This document shows, one piece after another, positions 36,218-48,060 of a stretch of 64,000 bases of DNA; position 1 is the first letter of the stretch, and the number at the start of each line of letters is the position of its first letter. The notes under the pieces were generated by a model, which saw nothing but the letters and a program-made list of their open reading frames with translations, ran no database searches and was not told the origin of the DNA. This stretch comes from Lama guanicoe (taxonomy: Eukaryota): the NCBI GenBank assembly GCA_013239625.1, contig MU054187.1, positions 1,673,964 through 1,737,963 on the forward strand, in the 5' to 3' direction. Position numbers and translations under genes: made by a program.

Positions 36218-37088
36218 GAAAGTAATTCAGAAACACAGTAAAAAGCGTAACAGGAAACTACCGCCCCTCTTCAACACAGGTCAACGTACTTTCCTAAGAA
36301 AACACCCTCAGACCTTTTCTTAGGGTTTCACGGGTTCAGAGTTGAGATTTTGTTGACAGGAGGTAGGAAGAGAGAGATTCCATTTGACGCCAAGTGAGCG
36401 GAGTGTGCCGTCTAGTTTAAGCAGCGTTGATGATGTTTAAACATTTCCATCATGTTCACCACATCGTGTGACCTTAAGTTTCTGGTACTGACCTGCACGT
36501 TACAGTACGGTACTCAGGAGTCAGGGTGTTGGGTATACAGCTTAGGAATAACTTTCTAAAATATAGTTTACAAAGTCAAAACCACGTCTTGTGAAACAGT
36601 TCTGAAAGGGCAGGTGCCTGGATACGTATTTCTAAAAACGCACCTTTTTCGTACTTGGCACACTCTCCTCTTTCTTGGCTTCTGCTCGGTGTCTCCCCCT
36701 CTGCCCTCACACCGTCCCAGGAGGTCTCAGCCCTGAGTGGTACCGTCTTCCCATCAGCGCCCCTACGCACTGAAGTCCAACTGGAGGTTTGGGTGAGAGA
36801 TTAGGTCGTCTTACGTTCTCACGGAGTTAAACAAGAGTCTGATAAAAGTACACATGCACATTCATTTCTGTTGTATATATATTCTAAGAAGCATAAGATG
36901 ACGTCTGTATGTTAGGGTTTCAAGGCGCCAACGCTGCGCAGTCAGGAGCACCCGTGCTGGCCGTCCCTGGACGGCTGGGACGGGTCATCACTACGCAGCA
37001 GTTTGTGCTTGTTGATGGGCGTTTTTCACCGTCAGTGTTGAGAACGGATTCACTTTGTATTCTGAGTTAGAAGAATTAATTCTAACAG

Positions 37089-37243
37089 ATACTTCTATAC
37101 GACACAGATATCTGGTTGCATGTAGACACACAGATCTTCCAGGACTCTCTCTTGGGGAAAATGGAAACACCAGTTTATGGTTCCTGCCGAACAGCGAGAT
37201 CCAGTGTTTTGAGAATGCTGACTGTGGTGAACAAGCGAAATGA
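37089..37243 (+). pseudogene. Exon-like remnant
   Basis: Acceptor aattctaacAG; starts YF, then IWLHVDTQIFQDSLLG and, frameshifted, KWKHQF. Confidence 0.35.
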
Positions 37244-39248
37244 AAATGACCACTTGTGCTTCCCTGGTGCCAAGCTCCTGATGATCCAGGAATGGTCGTC
37301 TGTACCACCAGCTCCTTCCTCAGCCCCCTGAGACAGACAGCCCTCCCGGCGTCCCTCTGTCCATCTGGGGCCTGGCAGTGCCTTCTCTCTCTGCCCCTCT
37401 TCCCGCCCGCTTCTCCCCTTCCAGCTGCTCTCCCTGTGGCCACGGATATCGTTTTTCATAAAGCCCAGCTCTGATCACAATTCTGCCTGAAGAAACGAGC
37501 CACCAAGCTGGGACCAGGACGCTAATCTTCATGCTCTGGGGGCTTTCAGGACTGGCTCTGGCCAGTCCACCAGCATCAATTCAGGCTCTGCTTTGAGCAG
37601 AAATCCACACGTGATTGGTCTTGTGGAGACTCCGTGCATTTTAAGTCTCTGTGCTCTTTCTGCTAACTCTATTTTTCTGTGCCAAGTGTCTCTGCTTCCC
37701 TTGCTTGGCGTGATGTGACATACCCCCCGGCCTGAGTCAGCGGTCACCGCCGCTCCAGGTGGAATGAGTCCTCTCCTGTGGCCTGTCGCTGAGTGTCCAG
37801 CCTCTCACTGTGCACCCAGCCCCTCCGGGGAGCCCGGTGTGCAGAACGCAGCGCCGGCTTTGGAGCAGAGGGCTGGATCCCTGACCGCTGCCTGCAGCCA
37901 TGTGGACTCCACGCGCCTCGCTTCTTCTGGGCCCTGGGAGCGACCTGTTTCCTCGGATGCTGCTGTTACGAGAAGTGATCGGCAGGTGCATTGATTGTTC
38001 TCCATTCACACCAGCCACACCTCAATCTCTCTAAGGTTTTGTTTGTCCTGTGTCTTGACATCCCCGCAGACCCAGCATCAGGCTGGCGTCGGGTAAACTC
38101 CCCAGTGTCTACTGAATGCACAATAGGATAGATAAGCAGAGGTTAATTACAGGAATTGACAGAGAATACAACTGAAATAGGTACATTATACGCCCTTAAT
38201 ATCAAGCACATGAACTCGAGTGGGGCATGCAGTGCAGCTGACGCAGTGGGAGAACCTCATCTTGCCATTTTTGGGATCAGGCATTTTCAATCTGACTCCT
38301 GATTAGGGAGATGAGCCAAACAAGCAAACTCTGCTTCCTCGATTAGCTTGGACAGAATAATTTCCAGGATGAAGCAGTTTGCTTCTATCCTTTAAACTCA
38401 GAAGTCGTAACCCAGAGAGGTCCTCAATCATTGGAAATTTGCTGAAATACAAAATCAGACCTGATTCAGACCATTAATGCCAGAGCTCCCGATGCTCTGT
38501 TCGGCTCTGATGGCGGCAGTTACAAAAGAGTTCTTCCTGTTGGCTTGGAAACTCCAAGTTCTTTGGGATTGTACCCAACTGCACATTTATTAGACCGTAT
38601 TTTCCCCGGTCTAAGTGCACTGGGGGACTGGACAGATCGGCGTGGATTACCTGGCATCCAGCATCACCACGACTAAGCGGATCTGTGAACCTGGAGGGGG
38701 CAGATGTCACTCTGTCTGCCCAGTGGCTGTCCTTCCCTGGGCCCTGGCACTCACACAGCTCCCCACACTCTCCAGTCCTGTTAGGGCTGCAAGTCAGCGT
38801 TTCCCCTGCCCTGTGTCACCAGCTGTGACCTGCCAGGCCAACAAGATGCTCTCCACCATCCCAGAGCCCGTTCCCAGATGTCCAGGTGTCCAGCATCTCC
38901 GCTCCCAGGTCTCCAGAGCTGCCTGGGGTTCCCATTAGCCAGAAGCCCAGCTCTGTGGCTCCACTTCCATCCTGAGAACCAGGTGAGGGCCCGAGGCCTC
39001 TTTTCACTTGTTACGAAGGCTGAGTTCCTGTTGCTTATAACCAGAGAATCGTAACTAATACATTTAAGGAAATTTGCATTAAGGGAAAATATTTCAGTCT
39101 TAATCAACGTCGCGTGGCCCTGCTCAGCCCGCCGTATGATGACGAATGTCTAACGACAGACGGGCCCTCCTGCCTGCCCTGCTGAGCCTCGACCTTCTCA
39201 TCTAAAAACAACGATGGGAAAGTGGCGAGATGGACTGTTTTTTCACAG

Positions 39249-39320
39249 CCTTGCTGTGACAGCAAGTGCTTTTCAAAATGGAAATGAAACTGCTTTTGAA
39301 ATCACAAAGCACTCTACAAA
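39249..39320 (+). pseudogene. Exon-like remnant, possibly near the C-terminus
   Basis: Acceptor ctgttttttcacAG; donor AAA|gtaagc; PCCDSKCFSKWK* with TGA at 39285-39287. Confidence 0.45.
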
Positions 39321-39859
39321 GTAAGCCCTGTGTTTACCGCTCACTTATTCTTGTTAACAAACTTTTCCTGAAAAACAAACTGCTCCGACAGAGCGATCTA
39401 CGGCGGGGCCGTTTCAGTGCTCACAGCGCACATTTCAGAGAAGGAGCCGAGCGCTCCCTGCGTGCGCCTCTGCGTATCGAACGTCCTGAGCTCGGCAGAC
39501 ACGATGCCTCCTCTTTAGTCTGGTTTGCAGCCGACCCCTGGGGTCACACGCCTTCATTCTAAAGGGCACACACAGCAACTGGTACAGACGTAAGAGAGGT
39601 TCTTCAGAGAGGTCTGGGGGGAGAACATAATAGAATTCTATGCACACATGGAATTTTAGCAGATGACACTGATCAGCGGTTTCCGGGCTTAAGTGCACCC
39701 CAGCCCTGGCGGTGCCCTTCCAGAGGGGCTGCGACGTGCAGATTGTCAGCCAGAGCCCAGCGCCTCCACCTGCACTGACGTCTCCGTAAGTGAAGGAGAC
39801 CTGGCTCTTCTTAAACCATGGACTGGCTTCCTTCATTCTTAAGATGCTATTTTTATCCC

Positions 39860-40010
39860 TTTATTTTCTTTCCCTCTTAGCTTTACTGATATAATTGGCC
39901 TGAGACATGGTGTGAGTCTAGGGTGTGAGTCATTTCACTGCACAGCAATGAAATGATTACCGTAATGGGGTGACACAGTTAGTTACCATGCCCATCCCCT
40001 CACTTAGGTT
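39860..40010 (-). mobile_element. L1 3' end fragment
   Basis: 'agctttactgatataattgg...gaaatgattaccgtaat...ttagttacc'. Confidence 0.6.
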
Positions 40011-40179
40011 CAATGTGCTATTTATTTTTCTGGTCCAGTTACTCTTCCATGTGCCAAATATGGCCCCACATTCAGGAGTCACAGCTATGACACTGACACT
40101 GATGGCAGTGTAACACTAACAGTGGGGCAGTAATGGCGATGGTGTGATGACAGTTATAATGCGCTGCCCCCTCCTTCAC

Positions 40180-40545
40180 CAGGAGCAGCAGTGACCAGGT
40201 ATGACAACGTCTCTCTTCTGCTCAGACCCTCCGTGGCTTCCTTCTCTCGCCCAGAGTCCAAGCCAAAGCTCTCAGCCGACCCACAAGCCCCTCCCGAGTC
40301 TGGCCCGGGCTGCCGCCTGGCTGGCTCTCCACCAGTCCCACTGTCAGCATCTCTGGTTCAGCCTTGTGGCCTCTTCCTAGGTCCTCGTGAGTCCCAGCAC
40401 ATTCCTACCCCAGGGTCTTGGCACTTGCCAGTTCGTCTGCTTTTCTCCCGATCTTTGCCTGGCGGGCTGTTACTTCTTTCAGACTCTGATGAGTAATAGC
40501 CACGCTCATCCTGGTGAGTAGCTTTCCACAAACACCCCAAAGCTG
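40180..40545 (+). mobile_element. L2 fragment
   Basis: 'cttctgctcagaccctccgtggcttcc...cagagtccaagccaaagct...cccagggtcttggcacttgcc'. Confidence 0.6.
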
Positions 40546-41849
40546 AGGGCCCAAGGAGATCCTTAGCCAAAAAAATGGCGGTGCTGTTCCTATTCAGACA
40601 GAAATACAAAGCTTTTACTTCCTGTGGCTGCCAGTTTTCGGTTCTCCTTTGTGACAGCCCCGCAGCCTCTCCTGTGCGTCCGGCCAGAATCCTGAGTCTC
40701 AGCCTTTAGCTAAGCAATCCTTCCTCTCTGGGTGTTTTTCCTCCACCACCTTGAAGAACAGCTCAATGCAAAATCTTCTGTAAAACAAAAAAGGAAAAGT
40801 AATTACCTAACTGCTGAGAATGATTTAAAAGAGACCAGGCAACAAACATCTCCACATGAATCACATAAAATTCTAATCTTTCACTTGGCTCGAAGGCCAG
40901 ATTCCTAGCTTCCTTCTCTTCACCTAGAAATAAGAGGGGAGGTTTGAAGTGGGAGGACACAGCTCATCCGTGACACTGGGCTGGGTGGCCACGACCAGGT
41001 GAACCTCCACGCCAGCGTGAGGAAGACTTAGAAAGGCCGGAGTCTACAGACTCACCAAGAACAAGGGTGTCCTCTGGTCCTTATCAGGGCAGTGAGCGCA
41101 GAGCAGTGGGTGGTGGAGACGTGCTGGGCCTCCTGGGACGGAGGGAGCAGGACCAGACGTGCTGAGGGGCGGGCGGCTGCTGAGCTCAGGCTGCCCCCCA
41201 ACCCCCGTCCCCCCGGGGCTCTGGGAGGACCTCGGATGAGGAGGTGCGGGCCAGGAGGAAGGCTGGGCTCCTGACAGGAGGAGCAGCTGGGGGGCAGTCA
41301 TGGCCGGACCCCGGGTTCTCTGCTCCCCTGCTCTGCGCCACCAGCCCCTTCCCCACAAGGACACCAGTGTTCTTCCCCCACGAACACATGGGGCCCACGC
41401 TCACCAGGCTCTGCAGAGGTTGAAGAACCCAGGAGAACTGAGAGCAACTCCCCGGTGGATGGGGAGATGCTGCACTCCTCCCCCGGTGGGGACCCTGGCG
41501 TCCCTTCCGGCTGGGACACGGAGCCTCATCTCTGGAGAAACCAACAGCCTCAGGGAAACCCTGAGACAAGGGACCTGGGGGCCCCCAGCTCCCCGGGCTG
41601 ATTGGCTTCCGAGTCCTGCCCACTGAGAAGAGGTTCCGAGAGATCTGTCACGTCTCGCTCTTAGTTGTGAAGGAACAGCCAGCAGTAAACTCATAACCTC
41701 AAGGACTAGAAAAGAAAAAGGTACAAAATGGGGGAAAAAAACCCTCAGTCAGGAAACGGCAATGAAGCTGCTAGAATAAAACAACAAAACTATGCTTAAA
41801 CCCTTAGAGAATAAGAGATGACCTTTTAGTCAAGAAAAAAAACAAACAA

Positions 41850-42700
41850 AAAAAAACCGCCACACGGCACAAAGAGGGAACAAGAAAGAGCTCTGTCCAG
41901 AACACGCAGAACTGAAGCTGAAAAGCTCAGCTGAAGGCTCGGAAGATGGAGCAGAGAAAACCTACTGGAAGAAATGAAAATAAAATGGAAACGAATGAAA
42001 AATGGGAGCAGAAGCAATAAGAAAATAAGAAAAACAGCGTCCGAGTTCCAACGTCTTTTAAAGAACTTCGTTAAAAGAGAAAACGTGGGAGAGAGACAAA
42101 GATTTTTTTAAACGCGTTTTCCCCCAGAGCCGAAGACCACTGGCTTCTGGTGTAAACGCCTCTCCTCCCGCTAGCCTGATTCCCCCAAGACGGAGCGACG
42201 AAGAAAGGCGTCTAAACATCCCGCGAGGTTAAAATCGCGCTCGCGGCGAGCGCGGAGGGTCAGAGCGCCCCGGTGCTTCCGAAGGCCGCGCTGGACCTGA
42301 GAACGACTGCGGCGCAGAAAGCTGCCCCTTGGCGGCCGAGAAGAGGCCACACCCGCGGCAGGCGCTGCGATCCGCAGACGCACCCCCGCGGGAAGAGGGC
42401 GCTGCCCCGGCTAGAGGAACCCGCCGAGCGGAGGCAGACGCGGGTCCCGGGCAGGGCTGTGCAGCCCGGGAGCCGGCACCCCGCTTCCGCCGGAGCCCGA
42501 GGCTGGGGCCCCCAGGACGGAGGAAACGGGAACCCGCAGCCCACTGGCTGGTTGGACCGTGTGCAGAGTCCCGTTCAGGAGTGTTTAAACGGCACTGCTG
42601 GGACGTTTCAGCAGAATTACTGATAGGGACGTAGGAAAATTAAGCTAATGACAAAAATGAGGCAGTGGAAATATTGCACAGACAGGAACACGTGTTTATA
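41850..42700 (+). mobile_element. Old L1 (L1ME-type) ORF1-region fragment whose centre is a CpG/GC peak
   Basis: A-rich 'aagaaagagctc...gaaggctcggaagat...aagaaaataagaaaa...gttccaac'. The GC-rich middle 'ggtcagagcg...cttccgaaggccgcgctggacctgagaacgac' parallels recalled L1ME 'aatcagaatg...cttctcaacagcaacactggaagctagaagac'. Confidence 0.55.
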
Positions 42701-42743
42701 GTACGCGGATCGGTTCAGCAGTGAAGCAGTGCTCAGGAAGGCC

Positions 42744-42778
42744 GCTGGTACTCACGCAGGCTGCTGGTACTCACGCAG
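42744..42778. repeat. 16-bp direct duplication
   Basis: gctggtactcacgcag at 42744-42759 and 42763-42778. Confidence 0.95.
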
Positions 42779-42796
42779 CGTTCATACTGGAACCTG

Positions 42797-43153
42797 CACC
42801 TATCCTGAAACTGCTCCAACAAACTGCAGAGGAAGGAACACTTCGAACTCATTCTATGAGGCCGCCGTCACCCTGATACCAAAACCAGACACATATATCA
42901 CCAAAAAAGGAAATTACAGGCCAGTATTACTTATGAATATAGATGCAGATATCCTCAACGAAATACTAGCGAATCAACCCAGCAATGCACTGACAGGATC
43001 ACACACCACGATCAGGTAGCATTTATCCCAGGAATGCAAGGACTTTTCAGCATCTGCAAAGCAGTCAATGTGATGCACCACGTGAACAAACTGGAGAAGA
43101 AAAGCCGTGTGGTCATCTCAGTAGATGCAGAAAAAGCTTCTGACAAAGTTCAG
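42797..43153 (+). mobile_element. Internal L1 ORF2 reverse-transcriptase fragment
   Basis: [43 protein letters not shown], then frameshifted [13 protein letters not shown] and ISVDAEKA; matches L1 RT. Confidence 0.95.
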
Positions 43154-44769
43154 TAGTGAAATGCTGGGATATGCTTGCACTGGGGGGAGAAGGGAGGAAA
43201 CCTGTGTTGGGGGGGCGGGGCAGCACACAGAGACCCAGCTCATCCAGATGGACTCTTAGCATTCTCACTAACGTTCACCCAGGGAGATGACCAAAAACGG
43301 TTTTGCCAAGTGCAGGACAAAAAGTCTGCCAAGTGCTAGGTGGTGCCAGAGTTTGCACCAGGATCCTTCAGATGGAAGGTGGGCTCAAGTCACGCAAATA
43401 CTTCACAGGGTGTCTTTGAGAGCTGTTCTAGTTTCTGCATACAAATGACAACTTGTGAATGTAATTCCTCTGTCTTCTAAAACACTGTGATTTCCAGTAG
43501 CGCTCTCCTCCACTCAAGCCTCTTGGAAGGGTGGCGTTCTTTCCATAAGGCCACAGGGCGGAATTCGGTGTTAACCTTGGGAAGGGTCCTCATTAACTCG
43601 ACTATAGTGAAACCACGGTTGAATTTTTAACTTCTTCTAGAAATGAATCCCTCGAGCTGAGTGTCTGCAGCGTGAAGTCAAAGGACTGTCTGGAGGTCGT
43701 CCAATCTGGAGTGAGCGCAGACAGCAGGTTCGGGTGATAGACGTCTCCAGGTAAACATTTGGAGCCGGACTTACTGAGTTAGCTTCCACAGTTGAAATCA
43801 GCCTGACAAATTTCGTGTCAGCCCACAGCCCGCAGCACTTGGGAGTGGGCTTGGTGGTCTTTCAAGATTTAAAATGTTTCCAGCTCCCCTTAAGCCATCC
43901 CAGCACTCAGAGCAGCCAGATGTTCCAGAATCTCGCGGAGGAAACGCAGCGAGTAGCAGGTCTGTCACAGCGGCAGGAATCCCAGCGGTTCAGGGCTGAT
44001 CTTGTGCTTGGAGAGCCCAGGAACACGACCGAGCACCCCTGGCAGGAGCCCCGCTCCTCTCTCGGGCATGGGCAGCCCTGTGCTCTGGGCTCTGGACCGG
44101 CTTCTTCTCCTGGCTGACCTCTGGGTCCCTCCCACTGCCACTGCCACCAGCAGGAGACGTAATTTAGCATGTTCCAACGTTCTGTCTGCCTTCACTTCTT
44201 TCTAACCCCAATTTACGAACCCCTTAAGCTTGAGCCCCCTCACCCCACGTCCTCTTACCTGTTAGCATTTTGTTGTCATTGTTCTGTTTCCCCCAAACGC
44301 TCCTCCAGATGGTTGAGCCATCAGCCATGCTTGGCGATTAGCTTCCTGCCGCCTTCCTCGTGGTGCTGCTGGAGTGGCGTGTACTCACCACTTCCCCCGC
44401 AGCCAGCTCTCCGTCCTCCAGGTGACTGGATCCCCGGGGCCCCTCGGCGCTTTGGGTGCTTACAGCTTGTGTTGGAGGTGGACACTCAGCCCACAGGTTG
44501 AGAGTCTCACCCGAGAGCCCTCGCGGACGGCCCCCTCTCTCACCGCCTCGGTCATGCTCACCAGTTGCTGCCAGTTGTCCCGACTCGTTACCTGTTTTGT
44601 GGGTTTACAGCAATTTCAAATAGAAACAGTAAGACAATGTACATAAGAACAATGAACTCCAGAGGTGGGCCTCCTACCACCAGTGCCCAGGGATGTTTTC
44701 TGCAGTGGTGGACGCCTCTGCACTGGGCTGAGCAATGTGGCAGCCTGTCCTGATCCCAAACCCGCCTTC

Positions 44770-45025
44770 CTTTCCTCCTGCTGTCACCACCTGTTCTGAC
44801 TCTCATGCGCTCCTGCCTGGAGTAACTCACAGTGGCCTCCAGTCTGGTTTCCATGCTCAGATTTCACCCACTGACCCCCGCCGCCAGTCCATTTGCTGCG
44901 ATGCCAGCCGAATAAACACCCTTCCTGAAGCTCATACCTCATCATGTTATTCTTCTGCCTAAAATTCTTAATGGCTCTCAATGAGCAATTTCTAAAATCC
45001 TTTGCACGACATTTGAAACCCTTGA
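44770..45025 (+). mobile_element. L2 fragment
   Basis: 'cctgcctggagtaac...tggcctccagtctggtttcc...ccagtccatt...tcatgttattcttctgcctaaaattcttaatggctctc'. Confidence 0.65.
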
Positions 45026-45289
45026 GAACTGAATCTCTGCCTGTATCTTGGCTCCACACTAGAGCTGGTGGCCCCTGGTGGCCTCATGGGGGTCTTCCGG
45101 CTTGGGGACCCTGGCCCTGTCCCTGGGAGGCCTTCCATGACACGCCTACTCTGTCCCTCCTGGGGACTTAACATCGTGTTGTTTATGTCACAGGCTGTAG
45201 CGGATTGTTGCTAACTCGCCCGATTTCCTGCTAGAGTCCAGACGAGGGCCCTGTGCGAATGGACCATCTCTCTCTCTTTTATTCATGTA

Positions 45290-45632
45290 TGTTTTGCTCA
45301 CTGAAGTACCGTCGGTGACAGTGTCCGTTTCTGGTGTCCGGCTTCATGTTTCAATCAGACACTCATTTTCATCTCTCTCTCTTTTAAATTGAAGTACAGT
45401 TGATTTGCAATGTTGCCTTCATTTCTGGTGTACAGCAAAGTGGTTTAGTTGTACGTATATATGTATATATTCCTTTTCTCCCCAATTCTTTTCCATTATA
45501 TATTATTACAGGATACTGAACATAGTTCCCTAGACAGCAAATCCTTGCTGTTTATTTTATATATAGCAGTGTGCATCCGTTTATCCCATACTCCTGATTT
45601 ATCCCACCCACCACTCTGCTTTGGTAACCTTT
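45290..45632 (-). mobile_element. Two adjacent L1 3'-end fragments
   Basis: 'ctgaagtaccgtc...tttctggtgt' and 'ttgaagtacagttgatttgcaatgttg...tttctggtgtacagcaaagtg...ttacaggatactgaacatagttccct...tttggtaacc'. Confidence 0.85.
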
Positions 45633-48060
45633 GGACCACCTCTCTTTATATTGTATTTTTTTTTGCATATTTAACAGATAGTAAATTTTCAAAAACTTTT
45701 AGTGGATTAATAATACATTTGTGAAAATCTGAGGTCAAAATACATCCCCACTAACCTTTCTGCGAGTCATATAATCATCAATCATTATTTGAGTTACTGA
45801 CATTATTTACATGTCACATCTTTCTGAAAAAAAATTGAGCTATCTGACAAGAGATTCCATCGTATCCTCACGGTGATGCTAAGACAGCCGGAGTCACACA
45901 GCACAGACGAAAAGGCAAAAAATAAAAACACGAAAGACATCACCCACCACTGAATGCTACAGCGTCACTTAAAAGCCCCTCGACATTCCAGCGTTCTCTT
46001 GTAGCTGCCGTGTTTGTTCCACTGAGCATGTCTCCCCTTCCCCTTCAAACAAGGGCTGTAGGAAGACCCTGGTCGGGTATCTTGGCCTCTGGATTCCACC
46101 AGGGTCATATTTAGAACTTGGCTGGGGCAGCGCTCGGCTCCGTGCACCCCTCCCTGACCAGCATTCTGCCTGGCGGAGCCTGCCAGGTGCCTGATTGCAC
46201 AGGGAGGGATGGGATCACTCAGTGTGACAGTCAGGAGAGATTTCACAGATCACAAGTGTTTGGAGAGACTCGTCACAGCCGAGCCATGGAAACGTGGCTG
46301 CCATCTTCCCTGTGCCGGGGTGGCCTGCCAAGCAGGAGTCCAAGGTCACACGACAGCACTGCTCCTTTGGACCAGTGCCCACTGGAAAGAAATACCTCGA
46401 GCTAGACCACTGGTAAATACTGCTTTTTGAAAAAAAATCCAGACTCCGTTCTTTACCTGATCAGCCAGGAAGCACAGGGAAATTGGAGTTTAACATGACT
46501 TGGTGGATAATCAGCCTTTAAGTAACGACATTTTTACAGTCCGTCCTCGAAGGAGTACAATGCCAACTTTGTTGGGAGGCAGATGGTAGGGGAAAAGGTG
46601 GATGTGAATCTGATCATTTAGCAGGCAAATTAATTTATGTGACAATAACCAGCCTCCAAATTGGGTTTATTGACTCATTACATTTTCTCCCTATGAAATT
46701 TAGTAAAATGCCAAACTCTACATTTTAAAGGAGCTGAAGGTTATTTTCTCATTTTGAAAGGGGCACATTCAGCATTTGTTAGGATCTGCATTAACAATAT
46801 TCCCACAGCTTCAAGCTACTGGGTGATTTTTCTGTAGTTTCTGGATAAAACATTTGTAGTAAACTTGTGGTCCCCTAGGCAATGCTTAATTAATCTTGAA
46901 AATAATCCGTTGTTTAATTGCTGGATCACTTTTTGGGGGAGAGCCCAAGTAATTGAAAAAAATGAAACAGACCAGTAAAGCCTCACATTATTTTGATCAG
47001 GAAAGAAAAGAAGGGAGAAAAGGAAAGAAGAACGAGGCGAAATGTTAACGCTGTCGAGCTGCCCCTCAAGTCTGCAGGTTCTGCGCTAAGGGAAGGTTGT
47101 CTTGTGTGACCTGCCGGAGCCGAGTTAATGAGAAGGAAGGGCTTGACTGCAGGAAACCGAGAAGGGATGCCGGAGCACGGACACCGCTGAGCAGCCTGTG
47201 TGGGGGCTGAGCACTGACTCTCTAAGCCCCGACCCCTCAGACCGGGAATCTCGGGCCGGCCCCGCGTGGCAGCCTCAGGGCGACCCAGCCGTGATGTCTC
47301 TGACGCCGGAGTCGGGGACAGGCCGCCGGTGTGGGGGCGTCACGAGGGTCTCGGGCGGGTTCACCAGGGCCCTCCTGGCTGCAGGTTCCTGGACCGACTC
47401 ATCTCAGCCTGTACAAAGCCACATCTCCCCCAGACTCTCTCGCTGTAGCCTTTGCCGACCTGCCCAGGCCGGGAAGGCTGGGCGGAGGTCTCCTTCATGC
47501 CTGCAGCGCAAAACGACGGGCACAGTAGCCACGCTTTTAGGTTTACTCTACAACAAAAAATATCGCGGGAATACATGCTGTCGACAGAGATGTGAACAGT
47601 GTGGAGGGATCCAGGCCGGTGAGGGCTCACTCCCGTTTCCCCAGAGGCGGCTCTGGGTGCCGGCCCTGCGCTCTGTCTTCCCGCACGGGGTCTGCACGTG
47701 CCGCTGCTTGCTGCCTGCTTTCCAGGGGAGCAGGCTGGCGCTGTAGCGCCGTCCTCCACTTTGCGTGATTTACAGAAGAGCATGTGTGTTCCCAGAATGG
47801 CGCTGCATCACACTGTCTTTTCATGGCTGAATAATATTCCTGGAGGTGAGTGCTTCTGTTTCGTGTGTCCAGGCCTTTTCGTTTCCTCCTCTGAGATGGA
47901 AGAAAGAGGACAAGGACATAGCTTCCTTGCTGTGGACAGAAACTCGAACCAGCATTTTCTCATGTCTTGCCCAGAAGGAAGATCTGGCAGGAGACACAGG
48001 AAAACAAGCATCGCAAAGCTTAAGTGAGGTTAACAATGTTTAATGTATTTAGAGAGCAGT

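Larger units (their letters stand above)
17763..39320 (+). pseudogene. Putative decayed multi-exon gene for an SFI1-repeat-like / C1orf167-like Trp-periodic helical protein
   Basis: About 15 non-repeat blocks on one strand, many with polypyrimidine-AG acceptors and GT donors. Their broken translations repeatedly give motifs such as RASLEQAFSAW, FTKYVLLLLWRK, SLLRAFQG, STLTSWKER, SKCFSKWK. Multiple in-frame stops and frameshifts. Family assignment is my pattern recognition, not a search result. Confidence 0.5.

Noticed and set aside
17763..39320. Assigning the symbol SFI1 or C1orf167
   Set aside because: Only motif-level resemblance is visible, frames are broken and expected neighbouring genes are absent; a homology and synteny search is needed.
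42729..43019. Reverse-transcriptase ORF as a retron, DGR or domesticated RT
   Set aside because: Plain LINE-1 ORF2 sequence, short and frameshifted, in a mammalian context.
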